The notes beneath the pieces were generated by a model. It saw nothing but the letters and a program-made list of their open reading frames with translations. It was not told the origin of the DNA and made no database searches. Position numbers and translations under genes: made by a program. A DNA stretch of 64,000 bases from a virus: IMG/VR virus record IMGVR_UViG_3300025120_010946, positions 14,131-78,130 of that record, one strand, 5' to 3'. The stretch's first letter is position 1. Every line of letters begins with the position of its first letter. Below are positions 27,366-36,980 of this stretch, in pieces.

Positions 27366-28427
27366 ATGGCACTCTGGGGCAATAAAGACAATATCACTGC
27401 AACAGGTAGAGTTACCTTGGATTATCAAACCGGTATTGTCACCGGTTCTAACTTAGAAGATCAAGGTAATGGTACAAAGTTTGGTGAGACAGGTGAAGTT
27501 CAAGAAGGAGACATTATCCGTTTCGGTGTAATCGATAAACCTGGCGTTTATATGGGAGATGCTGTTGTTGTCTCTGTTGCCGGTACTACATCTCTCACTA
27601 TTGGTTCCACTATGGGACTTGATGGTGTTGCTATTGGAAGAACCACATTCCAGGTTTCTCAGGCACCTAAATCCACCGTTCTTGATCGTTCCTTTAGTGA
27701 GGACGATAATATCAATGATGGCGCACCAACGCTTGTTAACGAAATTATTAAAACAGCAAACTCTGCAACAGCAACCACAGGTGTAGGCGCATCTATTCTT
27801 GATGTTAAAACTACTCTCTTATCAACTGGTGGTGTTAAGGTTGGCGACTTCATCGTAAATGATGGAAATAACATCAAAATCATTGGTGTAGGAACTGCTA
27901 CCTTCCACGCTAACTTTAATAGTGGCATCGGTTCTGATAGAATTTTCGTTAATGGTACAGTTCCTGGTTTAGATACTGACAGTCTTATTCATAATTCTAA
28001 TGGTAATCAACTCCTTGGTGTAACTGGTGTTGGTGCAACGTTCTTTACCATCGATCCTGTGTTAACGGCTGGCATTGCCACCAATGGCACTCTCCTTTTG
28101 GACTCCTTTGTTGATCAAGTATTTGCGTTTGATCATCACTTCGCTATTGGGCTTGAAAGTAATATCACTGCTGCTATTAGCGCAGGTGATGCTATCCAAG
28201 TTAAGAGACAAAAAGGTGGATACTCTAGAAATGTCTATGGTGTAGGCAAAACTGGAGTAGAAGACGCTGCTGGAGGTGTATATGAAACTAGTGCTGGATG
28301 GGTTGGTATTACAACCTACATAGACACTGAGGGTAACCTTAGAGTTAAGAGTGAAGTTCTGGTTGCCATGTCTGGCATCTCTACCGGTAACGTTCCTTCT
28401 TATCCCAATATTGAAAACGCTAACTGA
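27366..28427 (+). CDS. Probable virion structural protein
   Basis: MALWG N-terminus, Gly/Thr/Val-rich beta composition, C-terminal AGWVG...RVKSEVLVAM; late promoter. Confidence 0.7.
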   Translation: MALWGNKDNITATGRVTLDYQTGIVTGSNLEDQGNGTKFGETGEVQEGDIIRFGVIDKPGVYMGDAVVVSVAGTTSLTIGSTMGLDGVAIGRTTFQVSQAPKSTVLDRSFSEDDNINDGAPTLVNEIIKTANSATATTGVGASILDVKTTLLSTGGVKVGDFIVNDGNNIKIIGVGTATFHANFNSGIGSDRIFVNGTVPGLDTDSLIHNSNGNQLLGVTGVGATFFTIDPVLTAGIATNGTLLLDSFVDQVFAFDHHFAIGLESNITAAISAGDAIQVKRQKGGYSRNVYGVGKTGVEDAAGGVYETSAGWVGITTYIDTEGNLRVKSEVLVAMSGISTGNVPSYPNIENAN

Positions 28428-28436
28428 TAGGATGTA

Positions 28437-28823
28437 ATGTTATTTAATGAGTTGAATTCGGAGAATTTTCTCCTCTTTGCAATTAAAAATTATGAAAATC
28501 CTCAGGCTGTAACAAGAGAAGATTTTGATAAAGATTTGAATCACTTTAAATATATTAAACGGTTGCTTAAACGATATAAGTCAACTGGTGAATTAAAGAC
28601 ACATCTTCTCTTAAATCATTTTATTGTTCTTTACAATATTTTTGGTGAAGCAACAACTCCTATGTTATTTTATAAAATTGATGAGCAGGAACTTTGGGGT
28701 TGTCTTAAAACATTTGTATTGTTTTTAGATAAATTACCAGATTATCCACAAACCTATATTCATGATTTGAATATAGATGAAAATTGTATGGAAAAACTTA
28801 TTTTCTTTCACAATGAACAGTAA
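28437..28823 (+). CDS. Conserved T4-like hypothetical protein
   Basis: FLLFAIKNYENP, KYIKRLL, LLLNHFIVLYN. Confidence 0.7.
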   Translation: MLFNELNSENFLLFAIKNYENPQAVTREDFDKDLNHFKYIKRLLKRYKSTGELKTHLLLNHFIVLYNIFGEATTPMLFYKIDEQELWGCLKTFVLFLDKLPDYPQTYIHDLNIDENCMEKLIFFHNEQ

Positions 28824-29025
28824 ATCAGTAGATAAATTTTTATATCTTTTTAGAGAGATGATGGGTGCTGGTGCCTCTGGAGGTGCTCCTACTAATAATG
28901 TTGGTGATGGTAAGATCGCTGGTACTGCAGAGGCAGGCGATGATCCTCCTGTAAATTTGAAAAAGAAAAAAAGAAAACCTACTCCTGTAGGAAGATACGG
29001 TACACGTAGAACGTGGCGTAGATAA
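28813..29025 (+). CDS. Hypothetical protein
   Basis: APTNNVGDGKIAG plus basic C-terminus. Confidence 0.6.
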   Translation: MNSKSVDKFLYLFREMMGAGASGGAPTNNVGDGKIAGTAEAGDDPPVNLKKKKRKPTPVGRYGTRRTWRR

Positions 29026-29426
29026 TGGAAGAAGAAGTAAAGGTTGCTGTCTTAGAAACGAGGTTGGAAAACTTTGAAACTCTAGTTTCAAGGTTAGACT
29101 CTGCAATTGAAAAAATTGCTGAGGTAAATAATAATGTGTCTAGGATGTTAGCCGTCCATGAACAAAGAATTTCTAAGCAAGAAGAAATCGACGAAGTATT
29201 GTTTGATAAAATCGACAAACTCCGTGATAAAATGGACAGCGATCATGACATCGTTACTCAACGATTATCATTACTGGAACGGAAACTTTGGATTGGCATC
29301 GGAGCACTGGGAGCAATTCTAGTTCTAACAAATCCACAAGCAATCAAAACTCTTAAACCCTTGTTATCCTCCACCAATAGTGCTATAGTGGCACCAGCAG
29401 TTACTTTTGTGAATGGATCATATTGA
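29025..29426 (+). CDS. Coiled-coil protein with C-terminal TM segment
   Basis: Heptad-rich N-terminus, LAVHEQR, hydrophobic WIGIGALGAILVL. Confidence 0.6.
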   Translation: MEEEVKVAVLETRLENFETLVSRLDSAIEKIAEVNNNVSRMLAVHEQRISKQEEIDEVLFDKIDKLRDKMDSDHDIVTQRLSLLERKLWIGIGALGAILVLTNPQAIKTLKPLLSSTNSAIVAPAVTFVNGSY

Positions 29427-30381
29427 TTCTAAGTATGTTGGATTTATATCCGCACGCTTAGAAAAATTCAAAAGAGTAAAACCAAATCTTTACAACTTTC
29501 GTTGCCCTGTTTGTGGTGACTCAAAGAAGCATAAGAATAAAGCACGGGGTTATATTTACTCAGTAAAGGTTAACACTAACTTTAAGTGCCATAATTGTGG
29601 TGCTTCAATGTCTTTTAACAACTTTCTGAAACATGTTGATCCTGTTATTCATAAACAATATTCATTAGAGAAGTTTAAAGAAGGACATACTGGCAAAAAC
29701 TTTGTTGTTGACGAACCAGTATTTAAATTTGAAACACCTAAATTCAAGAAGAAGATAAATTTACCAAAGGCATCGGAGAATCCCAGTGCAGACGGATATC
29801 TTACTGCTAGAAAACTCAACTCAAATGATTTTTACTATGCAGAAAACTTTAAGAAATTTGTAAATACACTTAAACAAACTTTTAATAGTGTAAAGCATGA
29901 TGAAGAGAGGATAATAATTCCACTTTATTATGAAAAGAACTTAATTGGATTGCAGGGGAGATCTCTAGGATTAAGCACGGTTAAATATATCACGGTAATG
30001 ATTAATGATGACGCACCAAAAATCTACGGACTCGATAACATCAGAAAGGATGCTCCAGTCTATATCACAGAAGGACCTTTTGACAGCACGTTCATTCGCA
30101 ACTCGATTGCTATGTGCGGAGCTGATGCTGATGTTGATCGTTGGGGGATTAGCAACTGTGTTTGGATTTATGATAATGAACCAAGGAACAATGAAATCGT
30201 CAGGCGGATTGGACGCACAATCGATAATGGCGACTCCGTAGTTATCTTTCCATCATACATTCAAGAAAAAGATATAAATGATATGGTGATCGCTGGACAT
30301 GATGTTCAAAAGATCGTAGAATGTAACACCTATAGTGGTTTAGAAGCTAAACTTAAATTCAACACTTGGAAGAAAATATGA
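29413..30381 (+). CDS. gp61: DNA primase gp61
   Basis: Zn finger CPVC...CHNC, TOPRIM EGPFD, DNEPRN, KDIND. Confidence 0.95.
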   Translation: MDHIDSKYVGFISARLEKFKRVKPNLYNFRCPVCGDSKKHKNKARGYIYSVKVNTNFKCHNCGASMSFNNFLKHVDPVIHKQYSLEKFKEGHTGKNFVVDEPVFKFETPKFKKKINLPKASENPSADGYLTARKLNSNDFYYAENFKKFVNTLKQTFNSVKHDEERIIIPLYYEKNLIGLQGRSLGLSTVKYITVMINDDAPKIYGLDNIRKDAPVYITEGPFDSTFIRNSIAMCGADADVDRWGISNCVWIYDNEPRNNEIVRRIGRTIDNGDSVVIFPSYIQEKDINDMVIAGHDVQKIVECNTYSGLEAKLKFNTWKKI

Positions 30382-32675
30382 GCAACGGCATCAAGGTTAA
30401 AAAAAGAGACGGTAGAATTGAATCTCTTGATTTGGATAAAATGCATCTCATGGTAGAAGAGGCATGTCAAAGTCTTGCTGGAGTATCTGCAAGTCAAGTG
30501 GAGATGCAATCTGGTATTCAATTTTATGATGGTGTTACCACTGATGAAATTCAAGAAATTTTGATTAGATCCGCAAGTGATTTGATTGATCTTGATCATC
30601 CAAACTATCAGTTTGTTGCTGCTAGGTTACTCCTGTTTGCTGTTAGAAAGCAATTGTATGGAAAGATGAGACAACTTCCTCATCTTGAAAAGCATATTGT
30701 GGATTGTACTTCCAAAGATGTTTATGACAAAGAGATTTTTGTTAAATATTCAAAGGAAGAAATAGATAAAGCAAATTCCTTTATCGATCACCATCGAGAT
30801 TTTATGTTCACTTACGCAGGATTGCGTCAAGTTGTAGATAAGTATCTTGTTCAAGATCGTAGTGGTGGTGGAGTTTATGAAACTCCCCAGTTCATGTATA
30901 TTATGATTGCTCTAACTATTTTTGCAGAATATCCAAAAGACACCAGAATGTCTTACGTCAAGAGGTATTATGACGCAATCTCCAAACACAAAATCAACAT
31001 TCCCACACCTATCATGGCAGGAGTGCGAACTCCACTTCGACAATTTGCTAGCTGTGTTCTTGTTGATGTTGATGACACCCTCGATAGCATCTTTACTTCT
31101 GATATGGCTATCGGCAGATACGTTGCACAAAGGGCGGGAATCGGTATCAACGCAGGTCGCATCCGTGGAATCAACGCTAAAATCAGAGGTGGAGAAGTTC
31201 AGCACACAGGTGTTGTACCATTCCTCAAAAAATTTGAAAGCACTGTCAGATGTTGCACTCAAAATGGCATCCGAGGTGGATCAGCAACTGTCCACTTCCC
31301 AATCTGGCACCAAGAAATAGAAGACATTCTTGTTCTTAAGAATAATAAAGGCACAGAAGACAATCGAGTGAGGAAACTTGACTACTCAATCCAACTTTCA
31401 AAACTTTTTTACGAACGTTTCATTGCAGATGGGGAGATTAGCTTATTCTCACCGCACGACGTACCAGGTTTGTATGATGCTTTTGGTACTGATACATTTG
31501 ACGATCTCTATGTACGCTATGAATCAGATGAGTTTACTCCAAAGAAAACTATCGGAGCACAGGAACTAATTTTAGATCTACTGAAAGAGAGGGCAGAGAC
31601 TGGACGTATTTACATCATGAATATTGATCACTGTAACTCACATTCTTCCTTTAAAGATAAGATTGAGATGTCTAATCTTTGTCAAGAGATCACTTTACCT
31701 ACCCATCCCCTTAATCATATTGATGATGAGTATGGTGAAATCGCACTTTGTATTCTCTCAGCTATCAATGTTGGGAAAGTAAAGTCTGATGAAGAACTTG
31801 AAAATCTTTGTGATCTTGCTGTACGTGGACTTGAAGAACTAATTGACTATCAGAAGTACCCTGTGAGGGCGGCAGAGATCGCTACAAGGGCACGTAGATC
31901 TCTTGGTATTGGTTTTATTGGTTTAGCACATTACCTTGCTAAACTGGGGTATGTATATGACTCTCAGGAGGCGTGGGATGCTGTTCATGGACTTTCTGAA
32001 GCGTTTCAATATTATCTTTTGAAGTCCTCCAATAAACTTGCTGAGGAAAAAGGACACTGTGAATATTTTGGACGTACAAAGTATGCTGACGGTATTCTTC
32101 CTATTGATACATATAAGAAAGATGTAGATGAAATTTCTTCTGAAAAGTTGGTTCATGATTGGGAGACTCTTCGCGCATCTATTTCCACCCACGGACTACG
32201 GCATTCAACATTGTCTGCTCAAATGCCATCAGAGAGCAGTTCCGTTGTGTCAAACGCAACAAATGGAATCGAGCCACCTAGAGACTATTTGTCCATTAAA
32301 AAAAGCAAAAAGGGACCGCTTAAACAGGTGGTTCCGTCCTACGGATCTTTAAAGAATAATTACACACTTCTGTGGGAAATGCCCAATAATCGTGGGTATA
32401 TTAATATTGTTGCTGTAATGCAAAAATTCTTCGATCAAGCAATCAGCGGCAATTGGAGTTATAACCCCGAGAATTATCCTGACAACGAAGTACCAGTGTC
32501 CGTCATGGCACAAGACTTTTTGACTACATATAAGTACGGTTGGAAAACCTCTTACTACCAGAACACGAACGATCTTAAGTCTGATGAAGTAGAGGATGAC
32601 AAAGAAAAACTGAATACTATGTTATCAGAACTAGAGAATGCTGATGAAGGTGAATGTGAATCCTGCGCGGTTTGA
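30378..32675 (+). CDS. nrdA: Class Ia ribonucleotide reductase alpha subunit
   Basis: ATP cone VKKRDG, PTPIMAG, SNLCQEI, TSYY, C-terminal CESC. Confidence 0.97.
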   Translation: MSNGIKVKKRDGRIESLDLDKMHLMVEEACQSLAGVSASQVEMQSGIQFYDGVTTDEIQEILIRSASDLIDLDHPNYQFVAARLLLFAVRKQLYGKMRQLPHLEKHIVDCTSKDVYDKEIFVKYSKEEIDKANSFIDHHRDFMFTYAGLRQVVDKYLVQDRSGGGVYETPQFMYIMIALTIFAEYPKDTRMSYVKRYYDAISKHKINIPTPIMAGVRTPLRQFASCVLVDVDDTLDSIFTSDMAIGRYVAQRAGIGINAGRIRGINAKIRGGEVQHTGVVPFLKKFESTVRCCTQNGIRGGSATVHFPIWHQEIEDILVLKNNKGTEDNRVRKLDYSIQLSKLFYERFIADGEISLFSPHDVPGLYDAFGTDTFDDLYVRYESDEFTPKKTIGAQELILDLLKERAETGRIYIMNIDHCNSHSSFKDKIEMSNLCQEITLPTHPLNHIDDEYGEIALCILSAINVGKVKSDEELENLCDLAVRGLEELIDYQKYPVRAAEIATRARRSLGIGFIGLAHYLAKLGYVYDSQEAWDAVHGLSEAFQYYLLKSSNKLAEEKGHCEYFGRTKYADGILPIDTYKKDVDEISSEKLVHDWETLRASISTHGLRHSTLSAQMPSESSSVVSNATNGIEPPRDYLSIKKSKKGPLKQVVPSYGSLKNNYTLLWEMPNNRGYINIVAVMQKFFDQAISGNWSYNPENYPDNEVPVSVMAQDFLTTYKYGWKTSYYQNTNDLKSDEVEDDKEKLNTMLSELENADEGECESCAV

Positions 32676-33264
32676 TAAACTAAATATTCGTCAGTATAGT
32701 TCGGGATTAATTGATGAAGAGATTAATGATCTAATTAAATTAAGTGAAAATGCAAAGGGAGATCCATTTAGACCTGGTTTTCAGTGTTCTATCTTTGGTG
32801 ATCCTGATGATACGCACTTTCCTTTATTTTTAGGAGACTTTGATAAACCTGTTGTAAAAAAATTAGAACAATCTTTTGTTAATGCCTGTCAAAATTATTT
32901 AAATTTGAAGGGGAATTATGAAGCAAGGGGATGGATTTCTGTCAGTTGGACTGATTTTGAAATCGATTTGCAAAATCAAGGTAGAACAACTAAAGTCGGT
33001 CCTTTCTGGCACAATCATACTTATGACAGAGGTAGGTATGATTATTATCGGTTGTCTGGTGTACTATACTTAACCCTTCCTGAGGGTTCAACAACAACCA
33101 GATTTTCTAATCAACCCGATATTAAAAAGAAAGATTTTTTTGATCTGCCCTATATCATAAATGAGTGGTTTATCTACCACGCCATGTTACCCCATTTACC
33201 GGGGGATCCTGGGAAGACAAATAAAAAAAGAATATGTGTAGCAGCAGACTATTGGATTAAGTAG
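32638..33264 (+). CDS. 2OG-Fe(II) oxygenase-like protein
   Basis: WHNH, LSGVLYL, distal His (LPH), RICVAAD; start uncertain. Confidence 0.6.
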   Translation: MLMKVNVNPARFDKLNIRQYSSGLIDEEINDLIKLSENAKGDPFRPGFQCSIFGDPDDTHFPLFLGDFDKPVVKKLEQSFVNACQNYLNLKGNYEARGWISVSWTDFEIDLQNQGRTTKVGPFWHNHTYDRGRYDYYRLSGVLYLTLPEGSTTTRFSNQPDIKKKDFFDLPYIINEWFIYHAMLPHLPGDPGKTNKKRICVAADYWIK

Positions 33265-33271
33265 GAAACTA

Positions 33272-34438
33272 ATGGATTTTAAACTCAACGAAAAGAAAGT
33301 TGAAGGCATGACTGTCTTTAACACCGAACAAGTAAATACCAAAAAGCAACCAATGTTTTTTGGTAAACCATTGGGTGTTCAGAGATATGATTCATACAAA
33401 TATCCTATATTTGATAAACTTACTACACAACAATTAGGATACTTTTGGCGTCCTGAGGAGGTGTCTTTACAAAAGGATCGTGGTGACTATCAGACTCTTC
33501 GCCCAGAGCAGAAGCACATCTATACTTCTAATCTGAAGTATCAGATCATGCTTGACTCTATTCAAGGTCGTGGACCTGGAATGGCATTCATTCCTTACTG
33601 TTCCTTACCTGAACTAGAAGCATGTATGGAGGTATGGGGATTCATGGAAATGATCCATAGTCGCTCCTACACATACATCATTAAGAACATCTATGCAGAT
33701 CCTTCAGAGGTATTTGATAAGATTGTTACTGATCCTCGCATCCTAGAACGTGCTAGCAGCGTTACAGAGGCATATGATGATTTCATCAATAGTGCTCAGA
33801 CATGGGGTAATGGCAACATGTGGAGGGAAGACTTTAGAACTTCTCCATCCTCACAATGGGAAATTAAAGATGTGAAACGCAAACTTTACAGAGCAGTTGC
33901 TAATGTCAACATACTGGAAGGTATTCGTTTTTATGTTTCTTTTGCTTGTAGTTTCGCCTTCGGTGAGCTCAAACTTATGGAGGGATCCGCTAAGATCATC
34001 TCCCTTATTGCAAGAGACGAGAACCAACACCTTGCCATCACCCAAAACATTTTGAACAAATGGAAACAGGGTGATGATCCTGAAATGAAACAGATCATGA
34101 AGGAAGAAAAGGAGTGGACATACAAAGCCTTTGATCGTGCTGTTAATGAAGAGAAAAGATGGGCAGATTACTTGTTCAAAGATGGATCAATGATTGGATT
34201 GAATGATAAACTTCTTCAGCAGTATGTTGAGTGGATCGCTAATCGTCGTCTTGTGGCTGTAGGTTTGGAGCGTCAGTATGACATCCCAGCCAGTAACAAC
34301 CCTCTGCCATGGACACAGCATTGGATCTCCTCTAAGGGACTTCAGGTGGCACCACAGGAGACTGAGGTGGAGTCCTATGTGGTTGGTGGAATCAAGCAAG
34401 ATGTGAAAAAGGACACATTCAGTGGATTCCAACTCTGA
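33272..34438 (+). CDS. nrdB: Class Ia ribonucleotide reductase beta subunit
   Basis: FWRPEE, EMIHSRSY, LEGIRFYVSF, RDENQH, APQETE. Confidence 0.97.
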   Translation: MDFKLNEKKVEGMTVFNTEQVNTKKQPMFFGKPLGVQRYDSYKYPIFDKLTTQQLGYFWRPEEVSLQKDRGDYQTLRPEQKHIYTSNLKYQIMLDSIQGRGPGMAFIPYCSLPELEACMEVWGFMEMIHSRSYTYIIKNIYADPSEVFDKIVTDPRILERASSVTEAYDDFINSAQTWGNGNMWREDFRTSPSSQWEIKDVKRKLYRAVANVNILEGIRFYVSFACSFAFGELKLMEGSAKIISLIARDENQHLAITQNILNKWKQGDDPEMKQIMKEEKEWTYKAFDRAVNEEKRWADYLFKDGSMIGLNDKLLQQYVEWIANRRLVAVGLERQYDIPASNNPLPWTQHWISSKGLQVAPQETEVESYVVGGIKQDVKKDTFSGFQL

Positions 34439-34476
34439 TGTGTGCTTAAATAGGGGAAACGACTTTTTGTATAATT

Positions 34477-34638
34477 ATGCCTAAGAATGAATTGAAAAAG
34501 GAAGAGTTGAAAAATCGTGTACTTCAATTAAAAAATGATGTATACGAAGAACCTGCTACTATATGGCAGGGGGATCGAGATATGGCACATAAATATCTCG
34601 ATAAGGTATTAAACATTATTGATGAGTATCGATATTGA
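34477..34638 (+). CDS. Small hypothetical protein (53 aa, MPKNELKKEEL...)
   Basis: Open frame read by hand; TAAATA at 34447. Confidence 0.55.
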   Translation: MPKNELKKEELKNRVLQLKNDVYEEPATIWQGDRDMAHKYLDKVLNIIDEYRY

Positions 34639-35074
34639 TTATGAGAATCCATGGATCTATTTGGGTGTTCCCTTTGATGGTAGCCTTATTCGGGACAACT
34701 ACGGTTTTGTTTATAACATTACCAATCTCACAAACCAACGACAATACATTGGGAGAAAGTATTTTTGGCAGCACAGAACGCCCAAAGGAAAGAAACGAAA
34801 AGTAAAATCCGAATCTGATTGGAAAAAATACTATGGCTCTTGTCCAGAACTTAAAGAAGACATTGAACGGATTGGTAGACAAAATTTTAGTCGCAACATC
34901 CTTACATTACATAAAACATCTGGCAAAACTAACTACGAAGAAACAAGACAACTTTTTATCAACGGAGTCCTTACCGAATCCCTTGACAACGGAACCCCAA
35001 AGTTCTACAATAGTAACATCCTCAGCAGATACTTTAGAAAAAATTACTATGGATCCAGTGATGCAAGCTCGTGA
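34622..35074 (+). CDS. GIY-YIG endonuclease
   Basis: GFVY...YIGRK, YYGS, conserved Glu (YEE), FYN. Confidence 0.8.
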   Translation: MSIDIDYENPWIYLGVPFDGSLIRDNYGFVYNITNLTNQRQYIGRKYFWQHRTPKGKKRKVKSESDWKKYYGSCPELKEDIERIGRQNFSRNILTLHKTSGKTNYEETRQLFINGVLTESLDNGTPKFYNSNILSRYFRKNYYGSSDASS

Positions 35075-35240
35075 TTGGGCAATCAAACGTATTGATAACA
35101 TGTCCGATGTTGATAATGCAGGGCAAGTCTATGACAAACTTGCTTTGATAGATGAATGGTATGAATGGTTCGATCTTGACAAAATGGATGGAATGGATTA
35201 CCTTGTACTTGAAGATCAAACAGAAGAATCTGAAATTTGA
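35049..35240 (+). CDS. Acidic hypothetical protein
   Basis: MDPVMQARDW...; ATG at 35049. Confidence 0.5.
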   Translation: MDPVMQARDWAIKRIDNMSDVDNAGQVYDKLALIDEWYEWFDLDKMDGMDYLVLEDQTEESEI

Positions 35241-35250
35241 CTTTATTTTT

Positions 35251-35324
35251 GTTTCAGTAGCTCAGTGGAATAGAGCAACTGCCTTCTAAGCAGTCGGTCG
35301 TAGGTTCGAATCCTACCTGAGACG
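35251..35324 (+). tRNA. tRNA-Arg(UCU)
   Basis: Acceptor GTTTCAG/CTGAGAC, anticodon arm ACTGC-cttctaa-GCAGT, TTCGAAT T loop; no encoded CCA. Confidence 0.95.
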
Positions 35325-35327
35325 CTA

Positions 35328-35455
35328 ACGGAATTGGCAAACTACTTCCGTGCTCACATCTCCGAGAGAAAAAAGAATCGGAATAAACCCGTGTGGGAAA
35401 GGGTGGGATCCCCTTGGTGCCCCGTTGTTGACTGATCACCAACAACGGTATTTTT
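35328..35455 (+). ncRNA. Candidate structured non-coding RNA between tRNA-Arg and tRNA-Gly
   Basis: Four consecutive predicted helices, GC-rich relative to flanks, no credible ORF. Confidence 0.5.
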
Positions 35456-35527
35456 GCGGGATTAGTTCAGTGGTAGAACGTCAGCCTTCCAAGCTGAATG
35501 TCGTCGGTTCGAATCCGATATCCCGCT
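35456..35527 (+). tRNA. tRNA-Gly(UCC)
   Basis: Acceptor GCGGGAT/ATCCCGC, TCAGC-cttccaa-GCTGA, TTCGAAT. Confidence 0.95.
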
Positions 35528-35543
35528 TCCCTCCAAATGTATT

Positions 35544-35738
35544 ATGTCTGAACATGATTTTGGAGGACTTGAAAGTCATCCTGTCAACATACTAAGATTG
35601 ATTAGTGAATTGGAAGGATCATCCCAAATGTGTAAATATATGGGGTTTCAAGATGATATGGATACTCTCAATGAAATGAAGAAGAGATATTATAAACTCT
35701 ACTTCAAAACAAAAAAAGAGTATGATAATCCTCTATAG
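35544..35738 (+). CDS. Hypothetical protein
   Basis: 64 aa; its stop codon lies inside the first 10 nt of tRNA-Asn. Confidence 0.6.
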   Translation: MSEHDFGGLESHPVNILRLISELEGSSQMCKYMGFQDDMDTLNEMKKRYYKLYFKTKKEYDNPL

Positions 35739-35801
35739 CTCAGTTGGTAGAGCAGGTGACTGTTAATCACCCTGTCCCTGGTTCGAGTCCAGGTGGAGGA
35801 G
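35729..35801 (+). tRNA. tRNA-Asn(GUU)
   Basis: Acceptor TCCTCTA/TGGAGGA, GGTGA-ctgttaa-TCACC, TTCGAGT. Confidence 0.95.
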
Positions 35802-35826
35802 TTCCAATTACTCTGCAACATTGATT

Positions 35827-36276
35827 ATGGAAGAAAATCTATGGTATTGTACATACCACAGATCAAAAAATTATCGATGGGGCAGTGGTAATTGGTGTAT
35901 TACTGAAGATTTAGAAAAAATTCATTATCTTTTTTTAGAAGATATTCTTCATCTTTTAACGAAAGAAAGATTGAAACCCGTTTTATTAAAGTCTATTGGA
36001 TGGAGAGATAAACATGTTTTTCCAGAACCTTGGGTAACAGAAAGGTATGACTTATGTGATATGCGATGCCCTGGCATTATTACAAATGGACCCAACCCTT
36101 ACGATAATAAATATCGAATGGTTGATGGCAGACATAGAATACATAAACTGTTAACTAACGGAATAAAAAAAAGTAATTATTATGTTATTGAATGGGATGA
36201 ACTAAAAGATTTCTTTTTAGAAAGTAATGATAGTGTAGTTATTGAGAGATTAGATCGATATATGATGCTTCCGTAG
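35827..36276 (+). CDS. ParB/Srx-like domain protein
   Basis: YRMVDGRHRI motif preceded by PGII. Confidence 0.6.
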   Translation: MEENLWYCTYHRSKNYRWGSGNWCITEDLEKIHYLFLEDILHLLTKERLKPVLLKSIGWRDKHVFPEPWVTERYDLCDMRCPGIITNGPNPYDNKYRMVDGRHRIHKLLTNGIKKSNYYVIEWDELKDFFLESNDSVVIERLDRYMMLP

Positions 36277-36289
36277 ATTAGGAAGAACC

Positions 36290-36361
36290 GGGCGAATAGC
36301 TCAGAGGTAGAGCACCTCCTTTACACGGAGATTGTCGGGGGTTCGATCCCCTCTTCGCCCA
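36290..36361 (+). tRNA. tRNA-Val(UAC)
   Basis: Acceptor GGGCGAA/TTCGCCC, anticodon loop TTTACAC, TTCGATC. Confidence 0.93.
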
Positions 36362-36383
36362 TGTCGAATTCAATGTATGTCAA

Positions 36384-36632
36384 ATGATTATCGTAAGATG
36401 CAAAGAATGTAACAAAGAAATTGTCAGTAGCAACAAGACACAAGTCTGTAGTTGTTCTAACATGATGAGTGTTAAGGGAGATAAAGTTTCTGCAAGAGAC
36501 TTATCTAAAATCTTAATGATTGACAATGATTCTTTACAAAAAAATAAGTCAGTGTTATCAAATCAGGACTTAGCCTTTCAAGAAGAACGTAAAAAGAGAA
36601 AAGTACGTAAATTGGACTTTGATGTTCGTTAA
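36384..36632 (+). CDS. Zn-ribbon hypothetical protein
   Basis: CKEC...CSC. Confidence 0.65.
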   Translation: MIIVRCKECNKEIVSSNKTQVCSCSNMMSVKGDKVSARDLSKILMIDNDSLQKNKSVLSNQDLAFQEERKKRKVRKLDFDVR

Positions 36633-36661
36633 ATATTAATGTAGGCATTCTTTCTACCATC

Positions 36662-36817
36662 ATGCATCCAGACGAAACTGCCAATTGGGCAATCATCAAA
36701 GAGACTTTTGAGGAAAACGGCACAACAGACAACTACTATTATAAGCGAGCTTGTGCTATAGTAGGAGGGCAACCAGATCCAATGAAATATCTTCCAAATG
36801 TCTCACAGGATGGATGA
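36662..36817 (+). CDS. Small hypothetical protein (51 aa, MHPDETANW...)
   Basis: Open frame read by hand; TAAATA at 36630. Confidence 0.5.
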   Translation: MHPDETANWAIIKETFEENGTTDNYYYKRACAIVGGQPDPMKYLPNVSQDG

Positions 36818-36980
36818 AATCATACCTGAGCACTATGTAACTGAAAAGCAGTGCCAGGAAATGATTGACAAAGCAATTGACAAACACAATAAAACTGCTA
36901 CAATTATAAGTGCCATCCTAGGTGGAATCCTTTTGGCATTTTATTCCCATGGAGTTCTTTCTTTAGTTGGAAGAGTTTAA
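36798..36980 (+). CDS. Small single-TM hypothetical protein
   Basis: CQEMIDKAIDKHN plus hydrophobic segment. Confidence 0.6.
   Translation: MSHRMDEIIPEHYVTEKQCQEMIDKAIDKHNKTATIISAILGGILLAFYSHGVLSLVGRV

Noticed and set aside
16085-34438. Introns or inteins in gp43, uvsX, gp41, nrdA or nrdB
   Set aside because: All are continuous ORFs of normal length without splicing motifs
34622-35074. Mobile homing endonuclease element
   Set aside because: Only a short catalytic GIY-YIG domain with no DNA-binding extension; its position after nrdB fits a resident nuclease
35390-35450. Hammerhead ribozyme or degenerate tRNA in the inter-tRNA RNA
   Set aside because: CTGATCA does not match CUGANGA, the GAAA is in the wrong order, and there is no T loop or cloverleaf
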